From Phenylobacterium sp. (lineage in GTDB: Bacteria > Pseudomonadota > Alphaproteobacteria > Caulobacterales > Caulobacteraceae): a stretch of DNA of 60,109 nt. The notes under the pieces were generated by a model that ran no database searches, was not told the origin of the DNA, and worked only from the letters and a program-made list of their open reading frames with translations. This document shows, piece by piece, positions 10,579 through 21,050 of this stretch (position 1 is its first letter; every line of letters starts with the position of its first letter). The DNA is taken from assembly GCF_031425575.1 (NCBI RefSeq), contig NZ_JANPJP010000358.1, positions 1 to 60,109 of the forward strand, read 5' to 3'. A program made the translations under genes and the position numbers.

Positions 10579-11952
10579 ATGTTCGAGTTCGGTCGTGAAC
10601 TTAAGCGTCTGTTCGGCGCCGAGGGCCTGAACACCCCGCGGGACGGCCTGACCGGCGGCGACTCCTCGCTGCTGGAATTGCTGGACCTGGAGCTGTTGAA
10701 GACCGAGGCCAAGGCCGCCGATGTCGCCGCCGGCCGCGTCGGCGCCGCCGACCGCGCCCAGCGCCGGCTGGAGGCCGCCATCGTCTGGCGCGAAGTCGCC
10801 CGCCGCTCCGGCGACGCGGTCGCCCTGCGCAAGGCCGCCGCTACCGCTGAAGCCGCCGCCGATCTCTTCGACCGTAATCGCCGTCCCGACGGCTGGGCGC
10901 GCGCCCGCTGCGAACAGGCCTTCTGCGCCATGCTGGGCGCCGAGCTGTTCGGTGATGACGGCCTCAACGCCGCCGCCGATCTCGCCTTCCGTGAAGCCCG
11001 CGCCGCCGCCCGCGGCGGTCTGGCCCTGCCGCTGGCCGATGTCGGCATCGCCGCCCTGGAGGGCCGTTCCCGGATGGCCGCCGGCGACGCCCAGGCCGCC
11101 CGCGTCGTGGCCGCCCGCTTCACCATTCCGATCCAGGGCCTCCAGGTCCTCACCAAGCGCTGCCGGGCCGCCCGCCTGCTGGCCGTCGAGGCCCGCCTGG
11201 TCCGCGCCGACCTGCTGCTGGGCTGGGGGGCGCGCCTGAAGGACCGCGACCTGCTGCAACAGGCCCTGGAGGACGCCGAGACCGCCGTCGACGGCCTGGA
11301 CGCCGCCTACGAACCCTTGAGCTGGGCCCGCGCCGCGGCCTTGCGCGGCCAGGCGCTCGCCCTGCTGGGCGACGCCGCCGGTCAGATCGAGGGGGTCGCC
11401 GAGGCGGTCAACGCCCTAGCCGACGTGCTGGGGGAGCTCAGCCGGGAGCACAGCCCGATGGACTGGGCCCGCGTCCAGACCGCGCTCGCTGAAAGCCTCC
11501 AGACCCTAGGCGAGGCTGGCGCCAGCGAGCGAGCCTACGAACAGGCCGTCACCTGCTACGATCGGGCCGCCATGGTGCTGAAGGAGATTCCGGCCCTCGC
11601 CCTGAGCGCCTTCGGCGCCTCCAACCGCGCGCTGTGCCTGGCGCGTTCGGCCGAGCTGACCGGCGATCTCAATGTGCTGGACGCCGCCGAGACCGCCTTC
11701 CGCATAGAGCTCACCACCATGTCGCCGGGCCGCGACCCCACCGCCTGGGCTCTGCTGCAGGTGAACCTGGCCAGGCTCTATGAGGCGCGCCTGGACATCA
11801 CCGGCCGCGACCGAGGCGAACGCGCCGCCGCCGCCCACGCCCTCAACGCCGCCCTCGACGTCTTCGCCGAGCAAGGCCTGCGCTCGCTGAGCGTCATCGC
11901 GTCGGATGCCCTGGACCGCCTCAGCCACATCAGCCCGCGCCCGGCCTACTAG
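10579..11952 (+). CDS. Helical-repeat (TPR-like) hypothetical protein
   Basis: Recurring P-x-x-W-A motifs (PDGWARA, PLSWARA, PMDWARVQ, PTAWALLQ); Ala/Leu-rich; GGAG SD upstream. Confidence 0.75.
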   Translation: MFEFGRELKRLFGAEGLNTPRDGLTGGDSSLLELLDLELLKTEAKAADVAAGRVGAADRAQRRLEAAIVWREVARRSGDAVALRKAAATAEAAADLFDRNRRPDGWARARCEQAFCAMLGAELFGDDGLNAAADLAFREARAAARGGLALPLADVGIAALEGRSRMAAGDAQAARVVAARFTIPIQGLQVLTKRCRAARLLAVEARLVRADLLLGWGARLKDRDLLQQALEDAETAVDGLDAAYEPLSWARAAALRGQALALLGDAAGQIEGVAEAVNALADVLGELSREHSPMDWARVQTALAESLQTLGEAGASERAYEQAVTCYDRAAMVLKEIPALALSAFGASNRALCLARSAELTGDLNVLDAAETAFRIELTTMSPGRDPTAWALLQVNLARLYEARLDITGRDRGERAAAAHALNAALDVFAEQGLRSLSVIASDALDRLSHISPRPAY

Positions 11953-11960
11953 GGCGAGGC

Positions 11961-13058
11961 TCAGGCGGCGGCGACGTCGCCGGTCTGGCGGCGCATGCGC
12001 CAGAAGCGGATGGTCCGTTGGGCGGCTTCGCGGGGCAGGTTCTCGTAGAGCTCGCCATATTCGCGCGCCCGGCCCATGGCGTTGGAGTCGCGGTCCAGGA
12101 TCAGGACGGCGAAGGTCAGGTATAGTGACCGGTCGAACCCCGCCGCCTTGCAGACGATGGACAGGGCGTCCAGTTCGCGGCGCTCCAGGATCCGTCGCGC
12201 GGTGTGGAAGTCGATCTCGGCCAGTTCGCACAGAGCCACCAGGAACTTGGTTGTCTCACGGTTGCGCAGGAAGCCAGCCAGCACCGGCGGGGTGATGGCC
12301 CCGCGCAGGCGCAGGATGCGCACGGCCTTCTCGGCCTCCACATAGTCTGCGGGCAGGGCTCCGTCGCGGGCGGCCAGCGTCTTGCGGCCGGCGGCCAGGG
12401 CCGCGTCCAGCTCGTCGGGGTCGATCTCGCGGTTGCGCTCCAGGATCTGGTCGCGCAGGCGAGCCTCCACCACGAAGTACATCTCGTTCAGCAGGTCGGC
12501 CGGCATCGACTTGCGGGCGACGACAGCGGCGTGCAGGGCCGGATTCTCGGCGGCGCGGTCCACCACTATCTCGTGGGTCTCGCGCGACATCTCGGCGCCC
12601 TGGTTTGCCAGCAGGGCTCCCAGGGTCTCGTCGTCGCCGCGTTCCACGATGGCCTCGGAGACAGCCTCGGAAACCACCTGCCGCTGGCTGATGGCGCGCA
12701 GGTGGTCCTGGCCGCGCGTTCGAGCCACCGACAGCAGGTCGTCCTCGGTCAGCGCGGTTGAGCCCTCCAGCAGGGGACGAGCCACCTCAATGGAGGCGTC
12801 GCGGGCCAGGCTGCGGATCAGGCCGGCCGGGGCCAGCTCGACGCCCGACATGCGCTGGGCCAGCTCAACCCGGACGGCTTCCTCCATTTCGCCGGCGAGC
12901 TGGGTCAGGACGTCGTCGAACAGCGACATTTCGCCGGGCGCGCGGGGCTCGTCGGTGGTGAAGAACAGGTCGGTGACGCCGCGTAGCAATTCCCGCCGCC
13001 GGGAGCTTGAAGGCTCCTGAGCCAGTTCGATCAGGTCGTGAAGCTTCGTGCGCGTCAT
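11961..13058 (-). CDS. DUF2336 domain protein (possibly SpbR-like)
   Basis: SSSRRRELLRGVTDLF, LARDASIEVARPLLEGS, HLRAISQR, LSIVCKAAGF; ATG 13058; ends VAAA. Confidence 0.85.
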   Translation of the reverse strand: MTRTKLHDLIELAQEPSSSRRRELLRGVTDLFFTTDEPRAPGEMSLFDDVLTQLAGEMEEAVRVELAQRMSGVELAPAGLIRSLARDASIEVARPLLEGSTALTEDDLLSVARTRGQDHLRAISQRQVVSEAVSEAIVERGDDETLGALLANQGAEMSRETHEIVVDRAAENPALHAAVVARKSMPADLLNEMYFVVEARLRDQILERNREIDPDELDAALAAGRKTLAARDGALPADYVEAEKAVRILRLRGAITPPVLAGFLRNRETTKFLVALCELAEIDFHTARRILERRELDALSIVCKAAGFDRSLYLTFAVLILDRDSNAMGRAREYGELYENLPREAAQRTIRFWRMRRQTGDVAAA

Positions 13059-13065
13059 CAGGGTC

Positions 13066-13767
13066 TCAGAACGGGCGACCGTCGTCGGCCTTGTCGGAAC
13101 TGTCGTCGTCGCCGCTGTCGGTGTTCTTGGGGGCTGGCGCATCGGGGGGGCCGATGAAGACATAGCGGTCGCCGCCTTCGACGGCGGGGATCACGTCGGG
13201 CTCCAGGCCATAGGCCCGGTGCATCGAATAGAGTTTTGACGAGCCGCCAGCGTGGCGGGCCGTCGCCGAGGCGTCCACCACCTTCTGGCCGGCGGCGATC
13301 GCGGCCTGCTCCGGCAGGGGCGGCGGGCCGCCATAGAGGCTGGAGGGCGGCGGCGCATAGATCGGCGGCGAGGAAGATGTCTGGGGATCGACGGCGGGCG
13401 CCGGCGCGCTCTGGCGCGGCGCCTGATAGGGGGCCTGGGGCACGAAGGGGGTGTAGGCCGGCGGCTGATAGGTCACCCGGCTGCTCTCGCCGGGGGGCGG
13501 GGGCAGGTCGCGATCCTGCGGCGCCTCCTGGCGGCCGCGCGTGAACTGTCCGGCCAGGGCCATGGGCTCGGGGCGCTGCAGCATCCCGGGCTGGCCGCCG
13601 GTGGTCGGATAGGCGCGCTTGTTGGACCATCCCAGCATCGGTCCGCTAGGCGCGGGCGCGCGCTGTTCATAGGCCGGACGCTCATAGGGTCGGTCCCGGT
13701 CATCCTCCTGGGAGCCGGGCGTGATCGCACGGACAACGGCGGCGATAGCGTGGCCGAGGTTCATCAT
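13066..13767 (-). CDS. Proline-rich, probably disordered hypothetical protein
   Basis: 233 aa, P/Q/A-rich with a short ordered motif LYSMHRAYGLEPD and an acidic tail; 7 bp upstream of the DUF2336 gene. Confidence 0.65.
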   Translation of the reverse strand: MMNLGHAIAAVVRAITPGSQEDDRDRPYERPAYEQRAPAPSGPMLGWSNKRAYPTTGGQPGMLQRPEPMALAGQFTRGRQEAPQDRDLPPPPGESSRVTYQPPAYTPFVPQAPYQAPRQSAPAPAVDPQTSSSPPIYAPPPSSLYGGPPPLPEQAAIAAGQKVVDASATARHAGGSSKLYSMHRAYGLEPDVIPAVEGGDRYVFIGPPDAPAPKNTDSGDDDSSDKADDGRPF

Positions 13768-13790
13768 GCCACGACGCTAGCGGTGGTCGC

Positions 13791-13805
13791 TTAACCCTGA
13801 GCTAA
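13791..13805. promoter_or_regulatory. CtrA-like site upstream of the Pro-rich/DUF2336 operon
   Basis: TTAA-CCCTGAG-CTAA, about 25 bp upstream of the minus-strand start at 13767. Confidence 0.55.
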
Positions 13806-13814
13806 CGGGCGTCT

Positions 13815-14582
13815 TTAACGGCCACGCCACCAGGCTAGGCCCGTACGCTCGGCCCGCTCCAGCAGGGCGTGCAGCACCACCCCCATCAGACCCAGCACCA
13901 CTAGGGCGGCGATCATGCGCGCGGTCTGAAGCTTGTTGCCGGCGTCGAGAATGCGCCAGGCCAGGCCGCGCACCCCGCCCGACCCCGCGCCGAACTCGGC
14001 CACCACCGCCCCGATCACCGCCAGGCCCGCGCCAACCTTATGACCTTCCAGCAGAAATGGGACGGCGGACGGGAGCCGCAGGCGCAGGACCCGCTGCAGC
14101 CGGCTCGCGCCATAGAGATCAAACAGCCGCTCCAGATCGGGATCGGCGGCCTTCAGCCCCGTGACCGCGCCGGAGAAGATCGGGAAGAAGGCCACCAGGA
14201 CAGCCAGGGCGACGATGGCGCGTTCGGGGTGGTCGATGCCCGCCCAGATCAGCACCAGGGGGGCGATGGCCACCACCGGCGTCACCTGCAGAACCGAGGC
14301 CAATGGCCGCACCGCGCGGTCGATGAGCGGGCTCAGGCCCACCAGCAAGGCGATCGCCTGGGCCAGGATACTGGCGATCATCAGCGAGATAAGCGCCACC
14401 GACAGGGTGTTCCAGGCCGCCTGCATCAGGCTGGCGGTGTCGGTGGCCAGGGCCACGGCGACGTCGGAGGGCGCGGGCAGGAAATAGGCCGGCACGCCGG
14501 TGACCCGGCAGGCGATCTCCCACCCGGCCAGCAGCAGGCCGATGAGGGCGAAGGGCGCCAGGAAGTCCAGTACGCGGTTCAC
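13815..14582 (-). CDS. ABC transporter permease (NitT/TauT/SsuC family)
   Basis: YFLPAPSDV, LQVTPVVAIAPL, DLERLFDLYGAS..LRLPSAVP, AVIGAVVAEF; GTG start overlaps the ATPase stop. Confidence 0.92.
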   Translation of the reverse strand: MNRVLDFLAPFALIGLLLAGWEIACRVTGVPAYFLPAPSDVAVALATDTASLMQAAWNTLSVALISLMIASILAQAIALLVGLSPLIDRAVRPLASVLQVTPVVAIAPLVLIWAGIDHPERAIVALAVLVAFFPIFSGAVTGLKAADPDLERLFDLYGASRLQRVLRLRLPSAVPFLLEGHKVGAGLAVIGAVVAEFGAGSGGVRGLAWRILDAGNKLQTARMIAALVVLGLMGVVLHALLERAERTGLAWWRGR

Positions 14583-15331
14583 GCCAGCGCCTCCGAGCCC
14601 TTGACCAGCAGGTCGGACACGGCCTCCGCGGCCTGCCGGAACTCCGCGGTGGCGCGGAAGCCGATCAGGCGCGGCAGGTGGCCAGGCACGCTCACCTCGC
14701 CGGCGACGCGGCCAGGCCCTCGGGTCATCACGGCCACGCGGGCGGCCATATAGGCGGCTTCCTCGACATTGTGGGTGACGAAGACGATGGCGGGCCCGGT
14801 CTCGCGCCACAGCTTCAGCACGTCATCGGCCAGGGACCGCCGGGTGATCTCGTCCAGAGCGGCGAAGGGTTCGTCCAGCAGCAAAAGGCGCGGCTCGGTC
14901 ACCAGGGCGCGCGCCAGGGACGCGCGCATGGCCATGCCGCCGGAGAGCTGGGCGGGGCGGGCTTCCTCGGCGCCGGCCAGGCCGACCCGGGCCAGGGCCT
15001 CGGTGGCCCGCGCCCAGGCGGTCTTTTTCGGCACGCCCGCCAGTTCCAGGGGCAGGGCGACATTGGCCTGCGCCGTCATCCAGGGCGCAAGGGTCGGCGC
15101 CTGGAACACCACCGAGGTCTCGCCGCGCCCGGCGGTGCGCGTGACCATTCCTCGCGTCGGCTGTTCCAGGCCGGCCAGCAGGCGCAGGGCTGTGGATTTG
15201 CCGCAGCCGGACGGCCCCACCAGGGCCACGATCTCTCCCGCCCCGATGCTCAGGTTGAAGGGGCCCAGCGCGCGGCCGCGCTTGGCGTAGTCGACTTCCA
15301 CGGCCTCAAGGGCGACGACCGGCGGTGGCAC
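14579..15331 (-). CDS. ABC transporter ATP-binding protein (NitT/TauB family)
   Basis: Walker A GPSGCGKST, LSGGMAMR, LLLDEPFAALD, FVTHNVEEA. Confidence 0.93.
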   Translation of the reverse strand: MPPPVVALEAVEVDYAKRGRALGPFNLSIGAGEIVALVGPSGCGKSTALRLLAGLEQPTRGMVTRTAGRGETSVVFQAPTLAPWMTAQANVALPLELAGVPKKTAWARATEALARVGLAGAEEARPAQLSGGMAMRASLARALVTEPRLLLLDEPFAALDEITRRSLADDVLKLWRETGPAIVFVTHNVEEAAYMAARVAVMTRGPGRVAGEVSVPGHLPRLIGFRATAEFRQAAEAVSDLLVKGSEALA

Positions 15332-15332
15332 G

Positions 15333-16346
15333 CTACTTCGCGGCCGGGGTCACGAACTGCAGGGTGTAGGCCTTCTTGTAGTCGAGGGTCTTAGGATAGA
15401 CGCCCTGTTCAGTGGCCATTCTGAAGAACTCAGCCCAGCGGGCGTCGCTCATCGTGCCGATGCCGCCGGTCTTGGCCTCGCCGCCGTCGACGATGCCGTA
15501 GGACTTCATCTTCGCCCGCGCCTGGTCCAAGACGTCTTGCCCCATCTCCGGATTGTCCTTGCGGATGAGGGCGTCGGCGGGCGCTGCGTCGCCGTTGAGA
15601 TAGTCGTTCCAACCCTTGGCCGAAGCCTCCACGAAGGCCTTAACCGCCGCTGGGTTCTGATCGATCAGGCTCTGCGGAACCAGGATCATGGTGGCGTAGC
15701 TGGGATAGCCGTCGTCGGCCAGGAGGAAGACCTTGGCCTTCAGCTTGGCCTCCTTCTCCAGGGTGTAGGGCTCGCTCGTGACGTAGCCCTGCTGGGCCAC
15801 GCGCTTGTCGGCCAGGAAGGGGGCGGAGTTGAAGGTGTACTTGCGGATCTGGTCGTCGCTGAACCCGTACTTGGACTTCAGCCAAACCCAGAAGGCGGTG
15901 ACCGAGGCGTCCGATAGCAGGATCGGGTGGCTCTTAAGGTCGCTAATGCTCTCGATACCCTGATCTGGGTGAGCGATCAGGACCTGCGGGTCCTTCTGCA
16001 TCATGGCCGCGACGGCCCTGACCGGCACGCCCTCCTGGGCCATGTTGAGCGCAATGAAGCTGTTGGAGCCCATGCCGGCCTGGACCGCGCCCGACGCCAG
16101 CAGTTGCGGCACGTTTACGCCCGGCCCGCCCTGGACGATCTGCACGTCAAGGCCGCGCTTGGCGTACTCCCCGGTGGCCAGCGCCTGATAGAACCCGCCG
16201 TGCTCAGCCTGGGCGCGCCAGTCGGTGGCGAACTTGATCACCGTGGGCTGGCCGGCGACCGGCGCGGTCTCGGCCTTCTTGGCCGGCGAGCAGGCGACGG
16301 CGAGAACCGCGAGGGCGGCAAGCGCTAGGCTGCGAAGGGCGTGCAT
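15333..16346 (-). CDS. ABC substrate-binding lipoprotein (NMT1/THI5-like)
   Basis: Lipobox-like LAVAC; TDWRAQAEHGGFYQA; QQGYVTSEPY. Confidence 0.88.
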   Translation of the reverse strand: MHALRSLALAALAVLAVACSPAKKAETAPVAGQPTVIKFATDWRAQAEHGGFYQALATGEYAKRGLDVQIVQGGPGVNVPQLLASGAVQAGMGSNSFIALNMAQEGVPVRAVAAMMQKDPQVLIAHPDQGIESISDLKSHPILLSDASVTAFWVWLKSKYGFSDDQIRKYTFNSAPFLADKRVAQQGYVTSEPYTLEKEAKLKAKVFLLADDGYPSYATMILVPQSLIDQNPAAVKAFVEASAKGWNDYLNGDAAPADALIRKDNPEMGQDVLDQARAKMKSYGIVDGGEAKTGGIGTMSDARWAEFFRMATEQGVYPKTLDYKKAYTLQFVTPAAK

Positions 16347-16444
16347 GATCTTTCCCCAACTTGGATCAGCGCAAACCTAGGGCGTGACGGCCCCGCTTCC
16401 AAGATGGGGAGCGAACTTAAGGTCGAGATGGACTCCAGATCCGC

Positions 16445-18508
<2,064 letters not shown>

Positions 18509-18616
18509 CGAGGATCCCTACGAAGCCGGAGGATTATGCCGCATCGGGATGGCGAAATGTTTAAGCTGTGCCAAGTCGGGACAGAATGCCGCACCAAAAT
18601 GGGTGGCGCCCATAGC

Positions 18617-18880
18617 AAGAGGGCGGCGCAGCGGTTTCCCGTTGCGTCGCCCTCTCATCCAGATCCGTTGGGGGATCTGTGCCCAAAGGTCGGCTTGCGA
18701 CTTCGAACGCGGGGTTACCCGCAGGTTTCCGTCGCCGACCGGTGTCCCGCGGAGATGAAGGTCCCGGCTTGCGCCGCTTCCCATCCTCCGAGAACCTTCT
18801 GCCCGCTTCGTCGAACCCGTTTCCGTGTCCGTCTGCGCCGCAGTCCCTCTCGACCCCTTGACCTTCGTCCCGAACCCTCT
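18617..18880 (-). ncRNA. Candidate structured non-coding RNA (~260 nt), family not recognised
   Basis: Five consecutive hairpins at 18788-18853, 18751-18789, 18688-18740, 18660-18679 and 18618-18655, with GAAA/GCAA tetraloops on the minus strand. No credible ORF. 5' end is an estimate. Confidence 0.6.
18618..18655 (-). terminator. Long terminal hairpin (terminator-like)
   Basis: 17-bp stem AGAGGGCGACGCAACGG-GAAA-CCGCTGCGCCGCCCTCT on the minus strand; weak U-tail. Confidence 0.55.
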
Positions 18881-18930
18881 ATGAAGCAAGCGCCGCGACT
18901 CGCCCCGATGTGGGCGGAGCGCCCGATCTC

Positions 18931-19004
18931 CGGGGATAACCTGTGGATGACTTGGGGGCTTATGGGCGTTTGGCCTTATAAATCAGCACAATAACTTATC
19001 CACA
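18931..19004. promoter_or_regulatory. DnaA-box cluster
   Basis: Perfect TTATCCACA at 18996-19004; TCATCCACA (minus) at 18942-18950; TTATCCCCG (minus) at 18931-18939; AT-rich stretch between them. Confidence 0.7.
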
Positions 19005-19032
19005 GCTAACCTGTGGCGCGACGAATCAGGCG

Positions 19033-20835
19033 CTAGCGCCCGGCTTCCAGCGCTTCGCGCATCTCTTCCAGGGTCATCCAGTCTTCCTCGGCCTTAACCA
19101 GTTCGGCCTGGGCGGCGGCGTGAGCCTTGGTCAGCTTGTCGAAGCCGGTGGGGTCGCGGGCGTAGAGGGCCGGATCGGCCATGTCGGCCTCCAGCTTGGC
19201 GATCCTGGCCGGCAGGCTGGCCATTAGGCCTTCGGCCTCCTTGAGCCGGTGCTGGTCCTTGAAGGACAGCTTGGTGGTCTTCTTCGGTTCCGGCGGCTTG
19301 GGGGCGGCCTTCGCGGTAGGCGGCGCGGCGACCGGGCTGGCGATCGCGCCGAAATAGCCGGGGTTCTGGCGCAGGAAGTCCTGCCAGCCGCCGGGGGTCT
19401 CCACCACGTCGCCGCGGCCGTTCAGGGCGATGGTGGACGTCGCCAGCCGGTCGATGAAGTCGCGGTCGTGGCTCACCAGGATCAGGGTGCCCTCGAAGTC
19501 GGCCAGCAGATCCTCGAGCAGATCCAGCGTGTCCATGTCCAGGTCGTTGGTGGGTTCGTCAAGGATCAGCAGGTTGGCCGGGGTGGCCAGGGCGCGGGCC
19601 AGCAGCAGCCGGTTGCGCTCGCCGCCGGACAGGCTGCGCACCGGTTGGCGGATCTGGGCGTCGGTGAACAGGAAGTCCTTGGCGTAGGCGTTCACGTGCT
19701 TGGGCAGGCCACGCACCATCACCTGGTCGCCCCCCAGCGGGGTCAGCACGTCGCGCAGCATCATGTCGGGCTTCAGGTCGGCCCGGGCCTGGTCGATATA
19801 GGCGGTCTCGAGATTGGCCCCCAGCTTCACCGAGCCTTCGTCCGGCGCGATCTCGCCGAGCAGCATCTTCACCAGGGTGGTCTTGCCCGCCCCGTTGGGA
19901 CCGACGATGGCCACCCGGTCGCCGCGCAGGATGCGGGTGGAGAAGCTCTTCAGCAGGGTGCGTTCGCCGAACCCCTTGGCGATGCCGCGGGCCTCGATCA
20001 CCCGCTGGCCCGAGATGCCGGAGGAGGCGATGCCCATGTTCATCTCGCCGCGAACCTCGCGCAGGCGTTCGACCTTCACCTGCCGCAGGTCCATCAGGGC
20101 GCGACGGCGGCCCTCGTTGCGGGCCCGACGGCCGGTGACCCCGCGCTGCAGCCAGTGCTCTTCCTGCTCCAGCTTCTTGTCGATCTTTCGGCCTTCCTCG
20201 GCCTCGGCGGCCAGGACCTGCTCAACCCAGGCGTCGAAGGCGGCGAACCCCTTGTCCAGGCGGCGCACCTTGCGGTGCTCCAGCCAGAAGCAGCGCTGGG
20301 TGGTGCGCTCCAGGAAGGCGCGGTCGTGGCTGACGATGACCATGGCCGCGCGGCTGGAGGACAACTCCTGCTCCAGGGTCTCGATGGCCAGGATGTCCAG
20401 GTGGTTGGTGGGCTCGTCCAGCAGCAGCAGGTCCGGGTCCTCGGCGAAGGCGCGGGCCAGGGCCACGCGGCGGATCTCGCCGCCCGAAAGGCCCGAGGTG
20501 GATTTCTCCGGATCGATGCCGAACTCGGTCAAGGCCGCCTGGGCCCTGTGCTCGGCCGCGCCGCCGGCGGTGCAATGGTCCAGCAGGGTGGCGCCGACAA
20601 TCTCCGGCTCCTGCGGCACATAGGCGATGCGGGTGGCCGGCTGCACGGCGCGCTCGCCGTCGTCGGGGGTGATCTGCCCGGCCAGCATCTTCAGCAGGGT
20701 GGTCTTGCCCGCCCCATTGCGCCCCACCAGGCAGGCGCGCGACCGCGGCTCCACCGACAGGTCGACGCCGTCGAACAGCATTTTCGGTCCGTCGGCGAGG
20801 CGGACGGCCTTCAGGGCGAGGATGGGCGGCTTCAT
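19033..20835 (-). CDS. uup: ABC-F family ATPase Uup
   Basis: Two ABC cassettes (GRNGAGKTT, GPNGAGKTT), WLQRGVTGRRARNEGR linker, C-terminal KLSFKDQ coiled coil. Confidence 0.9.
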   Translation of the reverse strand: MKPPILALKAVRLADGPKMLFDGVDLSVEPRSRACLVGRNGAGKTTLLKMLAGQITPDDGERAVQPATRIAYVPQEPEIVGATLLDHCTAGGAAEHRAQAALTEFGIDPEKSTSGLSGGEIRRVALARAFAEDPDLLLLDEPTNHLDILAIETLEQELSSSRAAMVIVSHDRAFLERTTQRCFWLEHRKVRRLDKGFAAFDAWVEQVLAAEAEEGRKIDKKLEQEEHWLQRGVTGRRARNEGRRRALMDLRQVKVERLREVRGEMNMGIASSGISGQRVIEARGIAKGFGERTLLKSFSTRILRGDRVAIVGPNGAGKTTLVKMLLGEIAPDEGSVKLGANLETAYIDQARADLKPDMMLRDVLTPLGGDQVMVRGLPKHVNAYAKDFLFTDAQIRQPVRSLSGGERNRLLLARALATPANLLILDEPTNDLDMDTLDLLEDLLADFEGTLILVSHDRDFIDRLATSTIALNGRGDVVETPGGWQDFLRQNPGYFGAIASPVAAPPTAKAAPKPPEPKKTTKLSFKDQHRLKEAEGLMASLPARIAKLEADMADPALYARDPTGFDKLTKAHAAAQAELVKAEEDWMTLEEMREALEAGR

Positions 20836-20918
20836 TCGGCGTTCGACATAGCGAGGCGCGGGCGCGAAGCAAGCGCTAGAGCAGCATTGAGCCGCGACAT
20901 CCGCAATCTTCCCCCAAA

Positions 20919-21046
20919 CCGCTCATCCCGGCGAAGGCCGGGACCCAGATTCATCTGGAGCGGCTCGAGATGATCCTCGGTTCGGCTGGGCGATACGAGG
21001 ACCAAGCGGGCTTCACCTGAATCCCGGCCTTCGCCGGGACGAGCGG
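20919..21046. repeat. REP-like palindrome doublet, copy 2
   Basis: CCGCTCATCCCGGCGAAGGCCGGGACCCAGATTCAT ... ACCTGAATCCCGGCCTTCGCCGGGACGAGCGG. Confidence 0.9.
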
Positions 21047-21050
21047 AAGA

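Noticed and set aside
16347-16444. TPP riboswitch upstream of the NMT1/THI5-like ABC operon
   Set aside because: The region is under 100 bp and lacks the CUGAGA and CCUGA TPP signatures.
18560-18576. Sigma54 promoter (TTGGCAC on minus) for the hybrid kinase
   Set aside because: No GC at the -12 position.
18518-18994. ORFs 18518-18889(-), 18536-18994(+) and 18679-18861(+)
   Set aside because: No domain motifs, atypical codon use and non-protein-like composition; better explained as RNA structure and promoter.
18931-19016. Chromosomal replication origin
   Set aside because: Only about three boxes, no CtrA site array and no hemE or dnaA context.
18600-19030. RNase P RNA, tmRNA, SRP RNA, 6S RNA or a cobalamin/glycine riboswitch as the identity of the structured region
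   Set aside because: No GAGGAAAGUCC, no tag-peptide frame or tRNA-like ends, no SRP GGAAGGAAGCAG loop, no single long 6S-like rod, and no B12 or glycine consensus found by eye.
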